Assembly (NCBI GenBank): GCA_964512305.1
Contig: CAZEIW010000026.1
Location: 6,582-70,581 of the forward strand
Direction: 5' to 3'
Source: an uncultured Burkholderiaceae bacterium
Lineage (GTDB): Bacteria > Pseudomonadota > Gammaproteobacteria > Burkholderiales > Burkholderiaceae_F
DNA length: 64,000 nucleotides
Numbering within the stretch: the stretch's first letter is position 1; each line of letters opens with the position of its first letter. The notes below the pieces were generated by a model. The model was not told where the DNA came from and did no database searches. It was given only the letters and a program-made list of their open reading frames with translations. A program made the position numbers and the translations under genes. Positions 49,958 to 59,119 of the stretch are shown piece by piece.

Positions 49958-50892
49958 TTGTCGGAAATCAGCTTCGAGGCGCGCTGGATCGCCTGCTGGA
50001 TCTCGCTGACCGCCTCGTCGATCTGGTCGTCGGTGAGCTCGGTGCCCAGGTCCTCGCCCGCGCGGGGAATCTGGATCGTCGAGGCCACGGCGCCCTCGGG
50101 GATGACCAGGGTCGACACCGGCGCCTCGGTCGGCGGCACCATGTCGATCGCCTCGGCGCCGGCCCAGGCCATCGCGATCGCGGTGCAGTTGTCGGCCTCG
50201 GGGCCCCCGTTGGCGAGCGCCGATTCGACCAGCGCCGGGACCGCGCGCATCACCGTCATGTCGCTGAACACCTCGGCGATGCGCCGGTCGTTCAGCGAGC
50301 CCCACAATCCGTCGGTGCACAGCAGCACGGTATCGCCGTTGTGCAGCGCGGTCGGATGGCTGATTTCGACCGTCGGCGCGACGAACGCGCCGACGCAGTT
50401 GAAAATGCGGTTGCGCTCCGGGTGGTCCTTGGCGTCCTCGGGACTGATGAGCCCCGACGACACAAGGTGGTGCACGCGCGAATGATCGAGCGTGCGGTCG
50501 ATGATGCGCCCGCCGCGGATCATGTACAGCCTGGAATCGCCCGCATGCGCCCACATCGCCACGCCCTGCTGGACCACGCACGCGACAACCGTGGTGCGGG
50601 GCGCCTCCGGCAGGCTGTGCTCGGCGCGGTAGCGGTGCAACTCGCGGTGCGAGGCGAGCACCGCCTCCTCGAGGAAGCGCGCCGGGTCGGACAGCAGCGG
50701 CTTGGCCAGCCGCTGGTAGATCGCCGCCACCGTCTGCAGCGTCAGCTGCGCCGCGACCTCGCCGCGGGCGTGGCCGCCCATGCCGTCGGCGACCACCATC
50801 AGCAGCGAGTCGCGGGTGTACAGGTACCCCATCCGGTCCTGGTTGACCTTGCGCCCGCCCTTCTTGCTTTCCTGGTAGATCGAGAAGCGCAC
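49954..50892 (-). CDS. PP2C-family Ser/Thr protein phosphatase with a roughly 70-aa C-terminal extension
   Basis: [32 protein letters not shown] and DNCTAIA. The stop overlaps the rph start (ATGA). Confidence 0.88.
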   Translation of the reverse strand: MRFSIYQESKKGGRKVNQDRMGYLYTRDSLLMVVADGMGGHARGEVAAQLTLQTVAAIYQRLAKPLLSDPARFLEEAVLASHRELHRYRAEHSLPEAPRTTVVACVVQQGVAMWAHAGDSRLYMIRGGRIIDRTLDHSRVHHLVSSGLISPEDAKDHPERNRIFNCVGAFVAPTVEISHPTALHNGDTVLLCTDGLWGSLNDRRIAEVFSDMTVMRAVPALVESALANGGPEADNCTAIAMAWAGAEAIDMVPPTEAPVSTLVIPEGAVASTIQIPRAGEDLGTELTDDQIDEAVSEIQQAIQRASKLISDK

Positions 50893-50899
50893 GCCGGCC

Positions 50900-51895
50900 T
50901 CAGAACCAGGTGATGTTGTGTTCCTTCATGAAGCGCATCACGCGCTCCTGCAGGTGGCGGACGCGCGCGCCGGTCCGTTCGATGAACGTGAACTCGGGGC
51001 GCTCCGGGACCGTGGTGAGCAGTTCCTTCTGCACAGCGTACACGGTTTGCGGGCGCTCCAGCGAGTTAAGCCGCAGGCAGCGTTCGACCATCGAGATCAG
51101 CTGGTTCGAGTACAGGCCGCGGAACGCGCGCAGCACCTGCGGCATCTTGTCGTCGCGCAGCCGGTGGTCGGATTCCTGCGGCGGCAGGCCCGACATGCAG
51201 GCGTAGATGCACGCGCCGATGCTGTAGACGTCGGTCCAGGGGCCGAGCTCGGCGTCGCGCTTGTAGAGCTCTGGCGCGGCGAAGCCGGGCGTGTACATCG
51301 GGTAGGTCTTGCTGATGTCGCGCTGCAGGGTCTGGCGGGCGGCGCCGAAGTCGAGCAGGATCGGCGTGCCGTCCATCCGCAGGTAGACGTTGGCGGGCTT
51401 GACGTCGAGGTGCAGCAGGCGGTTCGAGTGCACTTCGCGCAGGCCGTTCATCACCTGTGCGAACACGCGCCGGATGAAGCGTTCCGACAGCACGTCCTTC
51501 TGGTCCTTGCTGCGGTTGCGCAGCACGTGCTCCTGCAGCGAGCGGCCCGACTCGTAGTGCATCACCATGTACACCGTCTCGTTGGCGCGGAAGAAGTTCA
51601 GCACACGCACGATGTTCGGGTGATAGATCGACGCCAGCGCGCGGCCTTCCTCGAAGAAGCACTTCAGGCCGATCCGGTACGTGTTCAGGTTCTCGGGCGC
51701 GACGTAAGGGTTGAACTCTCCCGGCTTGCGCTGCGCCAGCGCCGCCGGCATGTACTCCTTGATCGCGACCGAGTTGCCGTTCTCGTCCTGCGCCAGGTAG
51801 ACGATCGAGAAGCCGCCGCTCGATATCTTCTTTACAATCCGGTAAGCGCCCAGCTGCAGGCCCTCGGGCAGAGACGAATTGGTCTGCGGCGGCAT
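50900..51895 (-). CDS. Hanks-type Ser/Thr protein kinase, soluble, single domain
   Basis: G-loop ISSGGFSIVY, catalytic Lys VAIKEY, catalytic loop HLDVKPANV (non-RD), DFGAAR, and GFAAPE. There are no TM or sensor domains. It ends 7 nt before the PP2C start. Confidence 0.9.
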   Translation of the reverse strand: MPPQTNSSLPEGLQLGAYRIVKKISSGGFSIVYLAQDENGNSVAIKEYMPAALAQRKPGEFNPYVAPENLNTYRIGLKCFFEEGRALASIYHPNIVRVLNFFRANETVYMVMHYESGRSLQEHVLRNRSKDQKDVLSERFIRRVFAQVMNGLREVHSNRLLHLDVKPANVYLRMDGTPILLDFGAARQTLQRDISKTYPMYTPGFAAPELYKRDAELGPWTDVYSIGACIYACMSGLPPQESDHRLRDDKMPQVLRAFRGLYSNQLISMVERCLRLNSLERPQTVYAVQKELLTTVPERPEFTFIERTGARVRHLQERVMRFMKEHNITWF

Positions 51896-52083
51896 TTGTT
51901 ACCAGGTGGGGTGCGCTTGCCGGGGGATTGCGCCGCGGCGGAGGCGCCGGGGCGAGCGGGCCGATTCTAGCGAAATCGGTCGCCGACCCGCGGCGCGCTA
52001 ATCTGAAAAATTGCGGCCGGAATCAATGGCTCAATCAACGGTTGACTGAGCGGTCGGACCAGGCGGCGTTGGGACTGGGAATC

Positions 52084-52971
52084 ATGGCGCGTGTTGCGAG
52101 CATGACCGGATTCGCGTCGGCGACGCAGGGGCCGCTGAGCGTCGAACTGAAGTCCGTCAACGGCCGCTTCCTCGAGCTGTCCTTGCGCCTGCCCGACGAG
52201 CTGCGCGCGCTCGAGGCGCCGATCCGCGAGGCGGTGGCGGCCCGTCTCGCGCGCGGCAAGGTCGACTGCCGCGTCAACCTGAACCGCGACCCGCTGGGCG
52301 GCGCCCCGCGCCTGAACCCGGCCGCGCTCGCCCAGCTGGGACGGCTGGCGCAGGAGATCGAAGCCGCGCTGCCCCAGGCGCGCCCGATCGGGGTCGCCGA
52401 CGTGCTCCGCTGGCCGGGCGTGGTGGACTCGCCGCAGGCCGACGCCGACACCCTGCGCGAGCCGCTGAACCAGGCGCTCGCGGAGGCGATTTCCGCATTG
52501 CAGCAATCACGCCAGCGCGAGGGCTCGGCATTGCACGATTCGATCGCGGAGCGCTGCGACCGGATCGACGCGATCGTCGCGCAGGTGCGCTTGCAGGTGC
52601 CGGCGATCCTGGCCGGCATCGAGCGCAAGCTGCAGGAGCGGATGAGCCAGGCGCTCGCCGGCGCCCTCGCCGGCACCGGGCTGGGGCGCGAAGAGATCAA
52701 CGAGCGGATCCGGCAGGAGCTCACGCTGTACGGGCTGCGAGCCGATGTCGACGAAGAGCTCGCGCGCCTGGGCGCGCACGTGGCCGAGGTGCGCCGCGTG
52801 CTGCGCGAGGGCGGCGCGGTCGGCCGGCGCCTGGACTTCCTGATGCAGGAGCTCAACCGCGAGGCGAACACCGTCGCCTCGAAGGCGAGCGCGATCGAGA
52901 TGACGGCCGCTGCGGTCGAGCTGAAGCTGCTGATCGAGCAGATGCGCGAGCAGATCCAGAACCTGGAATGA
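52084..52971 (+). CDS. yicC: YicC/YloC-family endoribonuclease
   Basis: ATG 52084 ([13 protein letters not shown]...). Contains [12 protein letters not shown], and the C-terminal DUF1732 part [20 protein letters not shown]. Confidence 0.88.
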   Translation: MARVASMTGFASATQGPLSVELKSVNGRFLELSLRLPDELRALEAPIREAVAARLARGKVDCRVNLNRDPLGGAPRLNPAALAQLGRLAQEIEAALPQARPIGVADVLRWPGVVDSPQADADTLREPLNQALAEAISALQQSRQREGSALHDSIAERCDRIDAIVAQVRLQVPAILAGIERKLQERMSQALAGALAGTGLGREEINERIRQELTLYGLRADVDEELARLGAHVAEVRRVLREGGAVGRRLDFLMQELNREANTVASKASAIEMTAAAVELKLLIEQMREQIQNLE

Positions 52972-53621
52972 ACGAGACGCACGATCGCGCCGGCGGCGAC
53001 GCCGGGGCCGGCAACATCTTCCTCGTGGTCGCGCCGTCGGGGGCGGGCAAGTCGACGCTGGTCAATGCGCTGCTTGCGCGCGACCCCGCCATCGTGCTCT
53101 CGGTGTCCTACACGACCCGGCCGCCGCGGCCGGGAGAGGTCGACGGCCGCGAGTACCACTTCATCGCGGCGGAGGACTTCAGGCTGCGCCGCTCGCGCGG
53201 CGAGTTCCTCGAAAGCGCCGAGGTCCACGGCAATCACTACGGCACCTCGCGCACCTGGATCGAGGAGAAGATCCGGTCGGCGACCGACGTGCTGCTCGAG
53301 ATCGACTGGCAGGGCGCGCGCCAGGTCAAGGCGCACTTCCCGCAGGCCGTCGGGATCTTCGTCCTGCCGCCTTCGATCGAGTCGCTCGATGCGCGCCTGC
53401 ACAAGCGCGGCCAGGACGCGCCGGCGGTGATCAAGCGCAGGCTGCTCGCGGCCGGCTCCGAGATCGCGCACGCGCCCGAGTTCGACTACGTGATCATCAA
53501 CGAGGATTTCGACCTCGCGCTCTCGCAGCTGGCGGCTGTGGTCACGGCTGCACGGCTGCGCTACGGCTCGCAGGCCGTCCGGCACCACGAGCTTTTCGCG
53601 CAGCTCGGGATCCCGATCTGA
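52968..53621 (+). CDS. gmk: Guanylate kinase
   Basis: ATGA overlap with yicC. P-loop [12 protein letters not shown]. Also [28 protein letters not shown] and LEIDWQGA. Confidence 0.93.
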   Translation: MNETHDRAGGDAGAGNIFLVVAPSGAGKSTLVNALLARDPAIVLSVSYTTRPPRPGEVDGREYHFIAAEDFRLRRSRGEFLESAEVHGNHYGTSRTWIEEKIRSATDVLLEIDWQGARQVKAHFPQAVGIFVLPPSIESLDARLHKRGQDAPAVIKRRLLAAGSEIAHAPEFDYVIINEDFDLALSQLAAVVTAARLRYGSQAVRHHELFAQLGIPI

Positions 53622-53812
53622 GCGGGCCGCGCGCCGCGGCGCGCCCGCGGCCGCTCTGGTAGAATGCCAAAGGTTTGATTTCGAACGTTTATCTCGAACC
53701 CTCGCGTTCGCACGCCCGCCTCGGCGTCGGTCGCGCTTCCCGACTCGCCCGGACGCCGTGTCCGGCCGGCTTTCCGGTTCCTCCTGACTCGCATCGCGGA
53801 CTCGATCGACCC

Positions 53813-54016
53813 ATGGCTCGCATCACGGTTGAAGATTGCCTCAAGCACATCCCGAACCGCTTTCAGCTCGTGCTGGCGGCGGCCTACCGCGCGCGCCAGC
53901 TGTCGCAGGGGCATGCCCCGAAGATCGACACCAAGGACAAGCCTGCAGTCGCGGCGTTGCGCGAGATCGCCGCAGCAAAGGTCGGGATCGAGATGTTGCG
54001 CAAAGTTCCCACCTGA
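53813..54016 (+). CDS. rpoZ: DNA-directed RNA polymerase subunit omega
   Basis: [30 protein letters not shown]. 67 aa from ATG 53813. Confidence 0.93.
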   Translation: MARITVEDCLKHIPNRFQLVLAAAYRARQLSQGHAPKIDTKDKPAVAALREIAAAKVGIEMLRKVPT

Positions 54017-54063
54017 TCGGGTTGCCCGGTCGCGGTGGGAGCGCTAGCGTAGCGCCTACCGCC

Positions 54064-56400
54064 ATGTCCGCGACCACCCCCACGACGCCCGCGCTTCCCG
54101 CGCCCGACGCCAAGCCGATCGAGCGGCCGACCGGCTTCGCCCGCCGTGCGGCACAGGCGCTGCGCAAGGCCGGAAAGGCGGTCTGGCGCTCGGAGAGCGT
54201 CGAGACGCCGCCCGAGCGCAAGGTCATCAGCTTCGGCGACCTGACCGACCGCCTCAAGAGCTATCTCTCCTCGGCCGACATCCAGCGCGTCAAGGAGGCG
54301 TTCCGCTTCTCGGACGCCGCCCATCTCGGGCAGTTCCGCAAGAGCGGCGAACCCTACATCACGCACCCGATCGCGGTGGCGGAGCTGCTGGCGGGGTGGC
54401 GCCTCGACGCCGCGGCGATCCAGGCCGCGCTGCTGCACGACGTGATGGAGGACTCGGGCATCGTCAAGCAGGAGCTGGCCGAGCGCTTCGGGCCGGTGGT
54501 AGCCGAGCTGGTCGACGGCGTGTCCAAGCTGGACCGGCTGAGCTTCGCGTCCAACGCGCAGGCGCAGGCCGAGAGCTTCCGCAAGATGCTGCTGGCGATG
54601 GCGCGCGACGTGCGCGTGATCCTGATCAAGCTCGCCGACCGGCTGCACAACGTGCGCACGCTCGACGCGGTCGACCTCGAGCGGCAGAAGCGCATCGCCC
54701 GCGAGACGCTCGACATCTACGCGCCGATCGCGCACCGGCTGGGCCTCAACGAGATCTTCCGCGAGCTGCAGGAGGCCTGCTTCGCCCGCCTGTACCCGAT
54801 GCGCCACGGCGTGCTCAAAAAGGCGGTGCTCACCGCCCGCGGCAACCGGCGCGAGGTGCTGAAGAAGATCCAGGACGCGCTGCAGCGCGCGCTGGCGTCG
54901 GGCAAGGTCAAGGCCGAGGTCTACGGGCGCGAGAAGACGATCTACGGCATCTACCGCAAGATGGTCGAGAAGCACCTGACCTTCTCGCAGGTGCTCGACA
55001 TCTACGGCTTCCGGATCGTCGTGCACACGATCCCCGACTGCTATCTCGCGCTCGGCGTGCTGCACGGGCTCTACAAGCCGGTTCCGGGCAAGTTCAAGGA
55101 CTACATCGCGATCCCGAAGGTCAACGGCTACCAGTCGTTGCACACCACCCTGATCGGCCCGTTCGGCACGCCGGTCGAATTCCAGATCCGGACGACCGAG
55201 ATGAACCGGGTCGCGGAATCGGGCGTGGCCGCGCACTGGCTGTACAAGGAGGACGACGCCAGCCTGTCGGAGCTGCAATCGCGCACGCACCAGTGGCTGC
55301 AGTCGCTGATCGAGATCCAGCAGCAGACCGGCGACTCGACCGAGTTCCTGGAGAACATCAAGGTCGATCTTTTCCCGGACAAGGTCTACGTCTTCACGCC
55401 CAAGGGCAAGATCGCGTCGCTGCCGCGCGGCGCGACCCCGGTCGACTTCGCCTACAGCATCCACACCGACGTCGGCAACAAGTGCGTCGCGGCGCGCATT
55501 AACGGCGAGATCCAGCCGCTGCGCACCGAGCTGCGCAACGGCGACGTGGTCGAGATCGTCACCGGCCCGGTGGCGCGCCCGAACCCGGCCTGGCTCGGCT
55601 ACGTGCGCACCGGGCGCGCGCGCGCCGAGATCCGCCATTTCCTGCGGACCATGAAGCGCCAGGAGTCGATCGAGCTGGGCGAGCGGCTGCTCGCGCAGTC
55701 GGCGGCGCAGTTCTCGCTGGTGCTGGCGGACGTGTCGCCCGAGCACTGGGATACGCTGGTGCGCGAGGCGCACGCGCGCGACCGCGACGAGCTGATGGCG
55801 GATCTCGGACTGGGCCGGCGGCTGCCGGCGGTGCTGGCGCGCCAGCTGCTGCTGATCTCGTCCAAGGGTGCACCGGCGGCGGCCGAGGCCGAGGCGCGCG
55901 CGAGCGGGCCGCCCGCGACGGCGGCGCCGGTGCTGATCCGCGGCACCGAGGGCATGGCGCTGCAGACGGCCAACTGCTGCAGCCCGATCCCCGGCGACGC
56001 GATCGTCGGCCAGCTGCGGCGCGACCTGGGCCTTGTCGTGCACCAGTCGGACTGCGTGCACGCGCAGCGCGCCCGCAACGCCGATCCCGAGCGCTGGCTC
56101 GACCTGCAATGGGCCGACGACCCGGCCGGCCTTTACGGCGTCAACATCGACGTGCGCGTGACCAACGAGCGCGGCGTGCTCGGCCACGTCGCGGTCGCGA
56201 TCGCGGAGGCCGATTCGAACATCCAGAACGTGCACCTCGAGGACGAGGACGCGGCCGACGTCGTGATCCATTTCAAGATCCAGGTGCGCGACCGGCGCCA
56301 CCTGGCGCGCGTCGTTCGGACGCTGCGCCGCATCCACCAGGTCACGCGCGTGACGCGCGCGCGCAGCGGCGGCCGGACTCAGCCGGCCGAGGAGTCGTAG
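54064..56400 (+). CDS. spoT: Bifunctional (p)ppGpp synthetase/hydrolase (RelA/SpoT homologue)
   Basis: ATG 54064. HD domain YITHPIAVA...LLHDVMED. Synthetase domain YRSLHT-like GYQSLHTTLIGP. TGS domain VFTPKGKIASLPRGATPVDFAY. C-terminal ACT domain. Confidence 0.93.
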   Translation: MSATTPTTPALPAPDAKPIERPTGFARRAAQALRKAGKAVWRSESVETPPERKVISFGDLTDRLKSYLSSADIQRVKEAFRFSDAAHLGQFRKSGEPYITHPIAVAELLAGWRLDAAAIQAALLHDVMEDSGIVKQELAERFGPVVAELVDGVSKLDRLSFASNAQAQAESFRKMLLAMARDVRVILIKLADRLHNVRTLDAVDLERQKRIARETLDIYAPIAHRLGLNEIFRELQEACFARLYPMRHGVLKKAVLTARGNRREVLKKIQDALQRALASGKVKAEVYGREKTIYGIYRKMVEKHLTFSQVLDIYGFRIVVHTIPDCYLALGVLHGLYKPVPGKFKDYIAIPKVNGYQSLHTTLIGPFGTPVEFQIRTTEMNRVAESGVAAHWLYKEDDASLSELQSRTHQWLQSLIEIQQQTGDSTEFLENIKVDLFPDKVYVFTPKGKIASLPRGATPVDFAYSIHTDVGNKCVAARINGEIQPLRTELRNGDVVEIVTGPVARPNPAWLGYVRTGRARAEIRHFLRTMKRQESIELGERLLAQSAAQFSLVLADVSPEHWDTLVREAHARDRDELMADLGLGRRLPAVLARQLLLISSKGAPAAAEAEARASGPPATAAPVLIRGTEGMALQTANCCSPIPGDAIVGQLRRDLGLVVHQSDCVHAQRARNADPERWLDLQWADDPAGLYGVNIDVRVTNERGVLGHVAVAIAEADSNIQNVHLEDEDAADVVIHFKIQVRDRRHLARVVRTLRRIHQVTRVTRARSGGRTQPAEES

Positions 56401-56942
56401 CGCACGTCGACGATCTCGATCGCCTCGACGCCGTGCGGCGTGTGGACCTGCACCGTATCGCCCGCGCGCGCCTTCAGCAGCGCGCGCGCGATCGGCGAGA
56501 TCCAGCTGACGTGCCGGTGCGCGGGATCGACCTCGTCGATGCCGACGATGGTCACCGTCTGGCGCTCGCCGCCGGCCGTCTCGTAGTCGACCGTCGCGCC
56601 GAAGAAGATCTGGTCGGTCTCGCCGCGCGCCGCCGGATCGACGACCTCGGCGACGTCGAGGCGCCTGGTCAGGAAGCGGATCCGGCGGTCGATCTCGCGC
56701 AGGCGCTTCTTGCCGTAGATATAGTCGCCGTTTTCCGAGCGGTCGCCGTTGGACGCCGCCCAGGAGACCGTGTTGACGACTTCGGGACGCTCGACGTTGA
56801 GCAGGTTGACGAGCTCGTCCTTCAGGCGCTTGTAGCCCGACGGCGTCATGTAGTTCCTGGTGCCAACCGGGATCGGCGGGGCCTCGGGGACGTCGTCCTC
56901 GTCCGGCGCGTCCTCGAATTCCTTCACGAACGCTCTGCTCAT
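56379..56942 (-). CDS. greB: Transcription elongation factor GreB
   Basis: ATG 56942. Contains NYMTPSGYKRLKDEL, SENGDYIYGKKRLREIDRRIRFL and ISWISPIARALLKARAGD. It has an acidic N-terminal extension. Confidence 0.9.
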   Translation of the reverse strand: MSRAFVKEFEDAPDEDDVPEAPPIPVGTRNYMTPSGYKRLKDELVNLLNVERPEVVNTVSWAASNGDRSENGDYIYGKKRLREIDRRIRFLTRRLDVAEVVDPAARGETDQIFFGATVDYETAGGERQTVTIVGIDEVDPAHRHVSWISPIARALLKARAGDTVQVHTPHGVEAIEIVDVRYDSSAG

Positions 56943-57141
56943 CTTGCGGCCTGCCGTTGCGGATTGCCGGTAGCCGCCAATGATACCCGCGCGGCTAACG
57001 CGCTTCATTCGCATTGCGGGCCATGATTGAATGCCGAGGCCCCGCCGGGCGCTCCGCGGCGGCGGGGGCCGCGAGGATTGATCGCGGTCAGCGCGGGCGT
57101 CGCGCTCCGGCATAGGCTGCTTCCCGAACGGAGGGTTCGAA

Positions 57142-57864
57142 ATGGGTCGTACCGCGATCGTCACGGGCGGGACGCGAGGGCTCGGGCGGGCCATCGCGAT
57201 GGCGCTGAAACAGGACGGCCATCGCGTCGCGGCCGTCTACCACGGCAACGACGAGGCCGCCGCCCGGTTCTCCGAGGAAAGCGCGCTCCCGACCTACAAG
57301 TGGGACGTATCGGACTTCGATGGGTGCCGCGACGGAATCGCGCGAGTCGAAGGCGAACTCGGTCCGGTCGAGATCCTGGTCAACAACGCCGGGATCATCC
57401 GTGACGCCACGCTGCACAAGATGACCGCCGAACAGTGGCGCGGCGTGATCGACACCAACCTCGGCTCCGTGTTCAACATGTGCCGCAACGTGATCGAAGG
57501 CATGCGCAAGCGCGGCTACGGGCGCATCGTGAACGTGAGCTCGGTCAACGGCCAGAAGGGCCAGTTCGGCCAGGTCAACTATTCGGCGTCGAAGGCGGGC
57601 ATTCTGGGATTCACGAAAGCGCTCGCGATCGAGGCCGCGCACAGCCATATCACGGTAAACGCGATCGCCCCCGGCTACTGCGACACGGAGATGATGGCCG
57701 GCGTCCCTGCCGACGTGCTGAAGTCGATCGTCGCGACGATTCCGGTCGGGCGGCTCGGCCACCCGGAGGACGTCGCGCGCGTGGTCGCTTTCCTGGCGAG
57801 CGACGATGCCGGATTCATCACCGGCGCCACGCTAGCGGTGAACGGCGGGCAGTACATGAGCTGA
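57142..57864 (+). CDS. phbB: Acetoacetyl-CoA reductase-like SDR (PhaB/FabG family)
   Basis: TGGTRGLG, NNAGI, SSVNGQKGQFGQVNYSASKAG (catalytic YxxxK) and LAVNGG. Very close by eye to PHB-pathway PhaB proteins. Confidence 0.85.
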   Translation: MGRTAIVTGGTRGLGRAIAMALKQDGHRVAAVYHGNDEAAARFSEESALPTYKWDVSDFDGCRDGIARVEGELGPVEILVNNAGIIRDATLHKMTAEQWRGVIDTNLGSVFNMCRNVIEGMRKRGYGRIVNVSSVNGQKGQFGQVNYSASKAGILGFTKALAIEAAHSHITVNAIAPGYCDTEMMAGVPADVLKSIVATIPVGRLGHPEDVARVVAFLASDDAGFITGATLAVNGGQYMS

Positions 57865-57922
57865 GCGGGACATGCGCCGGGCATGATCCGACGCGGGCGA
57901 TGGATGGCACAATCGGCGCGCG

Positions 57923-59092
57923 ATGAGCGCGCCGACCCGATCCATCATCACGCTGACGCGACGCCTGATCAGGCAGCCCAGCCGCGCCGGCATCGATCGC
58001 TGCGAAGGAGTGGCCGGCGCCGTCGAGGCGTGGCTGACGCGCCGTGGCCTGGCCGTGGAACGGCTTCGCGAGGGCGGACGGATGGTGGGCCTGTGCGCGA
58101 CCGTGCGCGGCGGCGCGCCGGGGCCGGCGTTCATGCTCTACGCCGCCCTCGACACGGCGGGTTTCGGCGACGAAGAGCGCTGGCGGTTGCCACCGACCGC
58201 GGCCACGGTCGAAGCCGGCTGGCTGTACGGGCGCGGCGCGGCCGACAGCAAGGCGGGCGCCGCGATCTTCTGCCACCTGGCCGCCGAGATGGCCCGCCAC
58301 GCCGGACGGATGCGCGGTGCGCTGATTGTTCTGTTCGACCTCGACGAACACACGGGACGCTTCGGCGGCATCCGGCGCTATTTCGACCGGGCGAGCCGCC
58401 CGCGTCCACGAGGCGCGCTGATCGGCTACCCCGGCAACGAACGGATCGTCATCGGCTGCCGCGGGTTCCTGCGCGCGATCGTCACCGTGCGCGGCGAGGG
58501 CGCGCACTCGGGCGCCGTGCGTCATCGCGGAGTGAACGCGGTTTCGCGTGCCGCGCGGCTGGTCGAAGTCCTGGCGGCGATCGAGCTTCCCGCCGCCGGC
58601 GGCGACGGGTTTCCCCTGCCGCCCGCCGTGACGGTCACCGCGATTCGGGGAGGCGAGGGATTTGCTCAAGTGCCCGACGTCTGCGCGGTCAGTGTCGACG
58701 TCCGGCTGACCCCGGACTTCGGCGCGCGCGCAGCCCGTGCGCTGCTGCAGAGGGCGGTGGCGGGACTCGACGGCGGCGTTCCATCGGCGCTCAAATCCGC
58801 CATCGCCTGGCAGCCCGGCTGGCCTGCCTATGCGCTGCGCCGCGACCTGCCCCTGGTCACGGCGTTGCAGGCCGCGGCGCGTGCCCATCTCGGGAGGATG
58901 CCTCCGACGGCGGTCGCCGGGCCCTCGAACCCTGGAAACTACCTGGCCACGCTCCGAATCCCGGCGATCTGCGGCTTCGGGGTGAGCTCCCGAGGCGTGC
59001 ACGCGCCGGACGAGCGGATCGAGCTTGCGACGATCGCACCCGTTTACCTTGCGTACCGCGACACGCTGCGGTCGCTGTTGCGGGCGCCCTGA
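57923..59092 (+). CDS. M20-family (ArgE/DapE/ACY1-like) metallopeptidase homologue with an atypical metal-site motif
   Basis: GRGAADSKAG is the bridging-Asp motif. LFDLDEHTG occupies the place of DEE. GVHAPDERIE carries the C-terminal His. The N-terminal HxD motif reads AALDT. Confidence 0.8.
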   Translation: MSAPTRSIITLTRRLIRQPSRAGIDRCEGVAGAVEAWLTRRGLAVERLREGGRMVGLCATVRGGAPGPAFMLYAALDTAGFGDEERWRLPPTAATVEAGWLYGRGAADSKAGAAIFCHLAAEMARHAGRMRGALIVLFDLDEHTGRFGGIRRYFDRASRPRPRGALIGYPGNERIVIGCRGFLRAIVTVRGEGAHSGAVRHRGVNAVSRAARLVEVLAAIELPAAGGDGFPLPPAVTVTAIRGGEGFAQVPDVCAVSVDVRLTPDFGARAARALLQRAVAGLDGGVPSALKSAIAWQPGWPAYALRRDLPLVTALQAAARAHLGRMPPTAVAGPSNPGNYLATLRIPAICGFGVSSRGVHAPDERIELATIAPVYLAYRDTLRSLLRAP

Positions 59093-59119
59093 CGCGGGTG
59101 CCCGCCGGAGGGACGAAGC

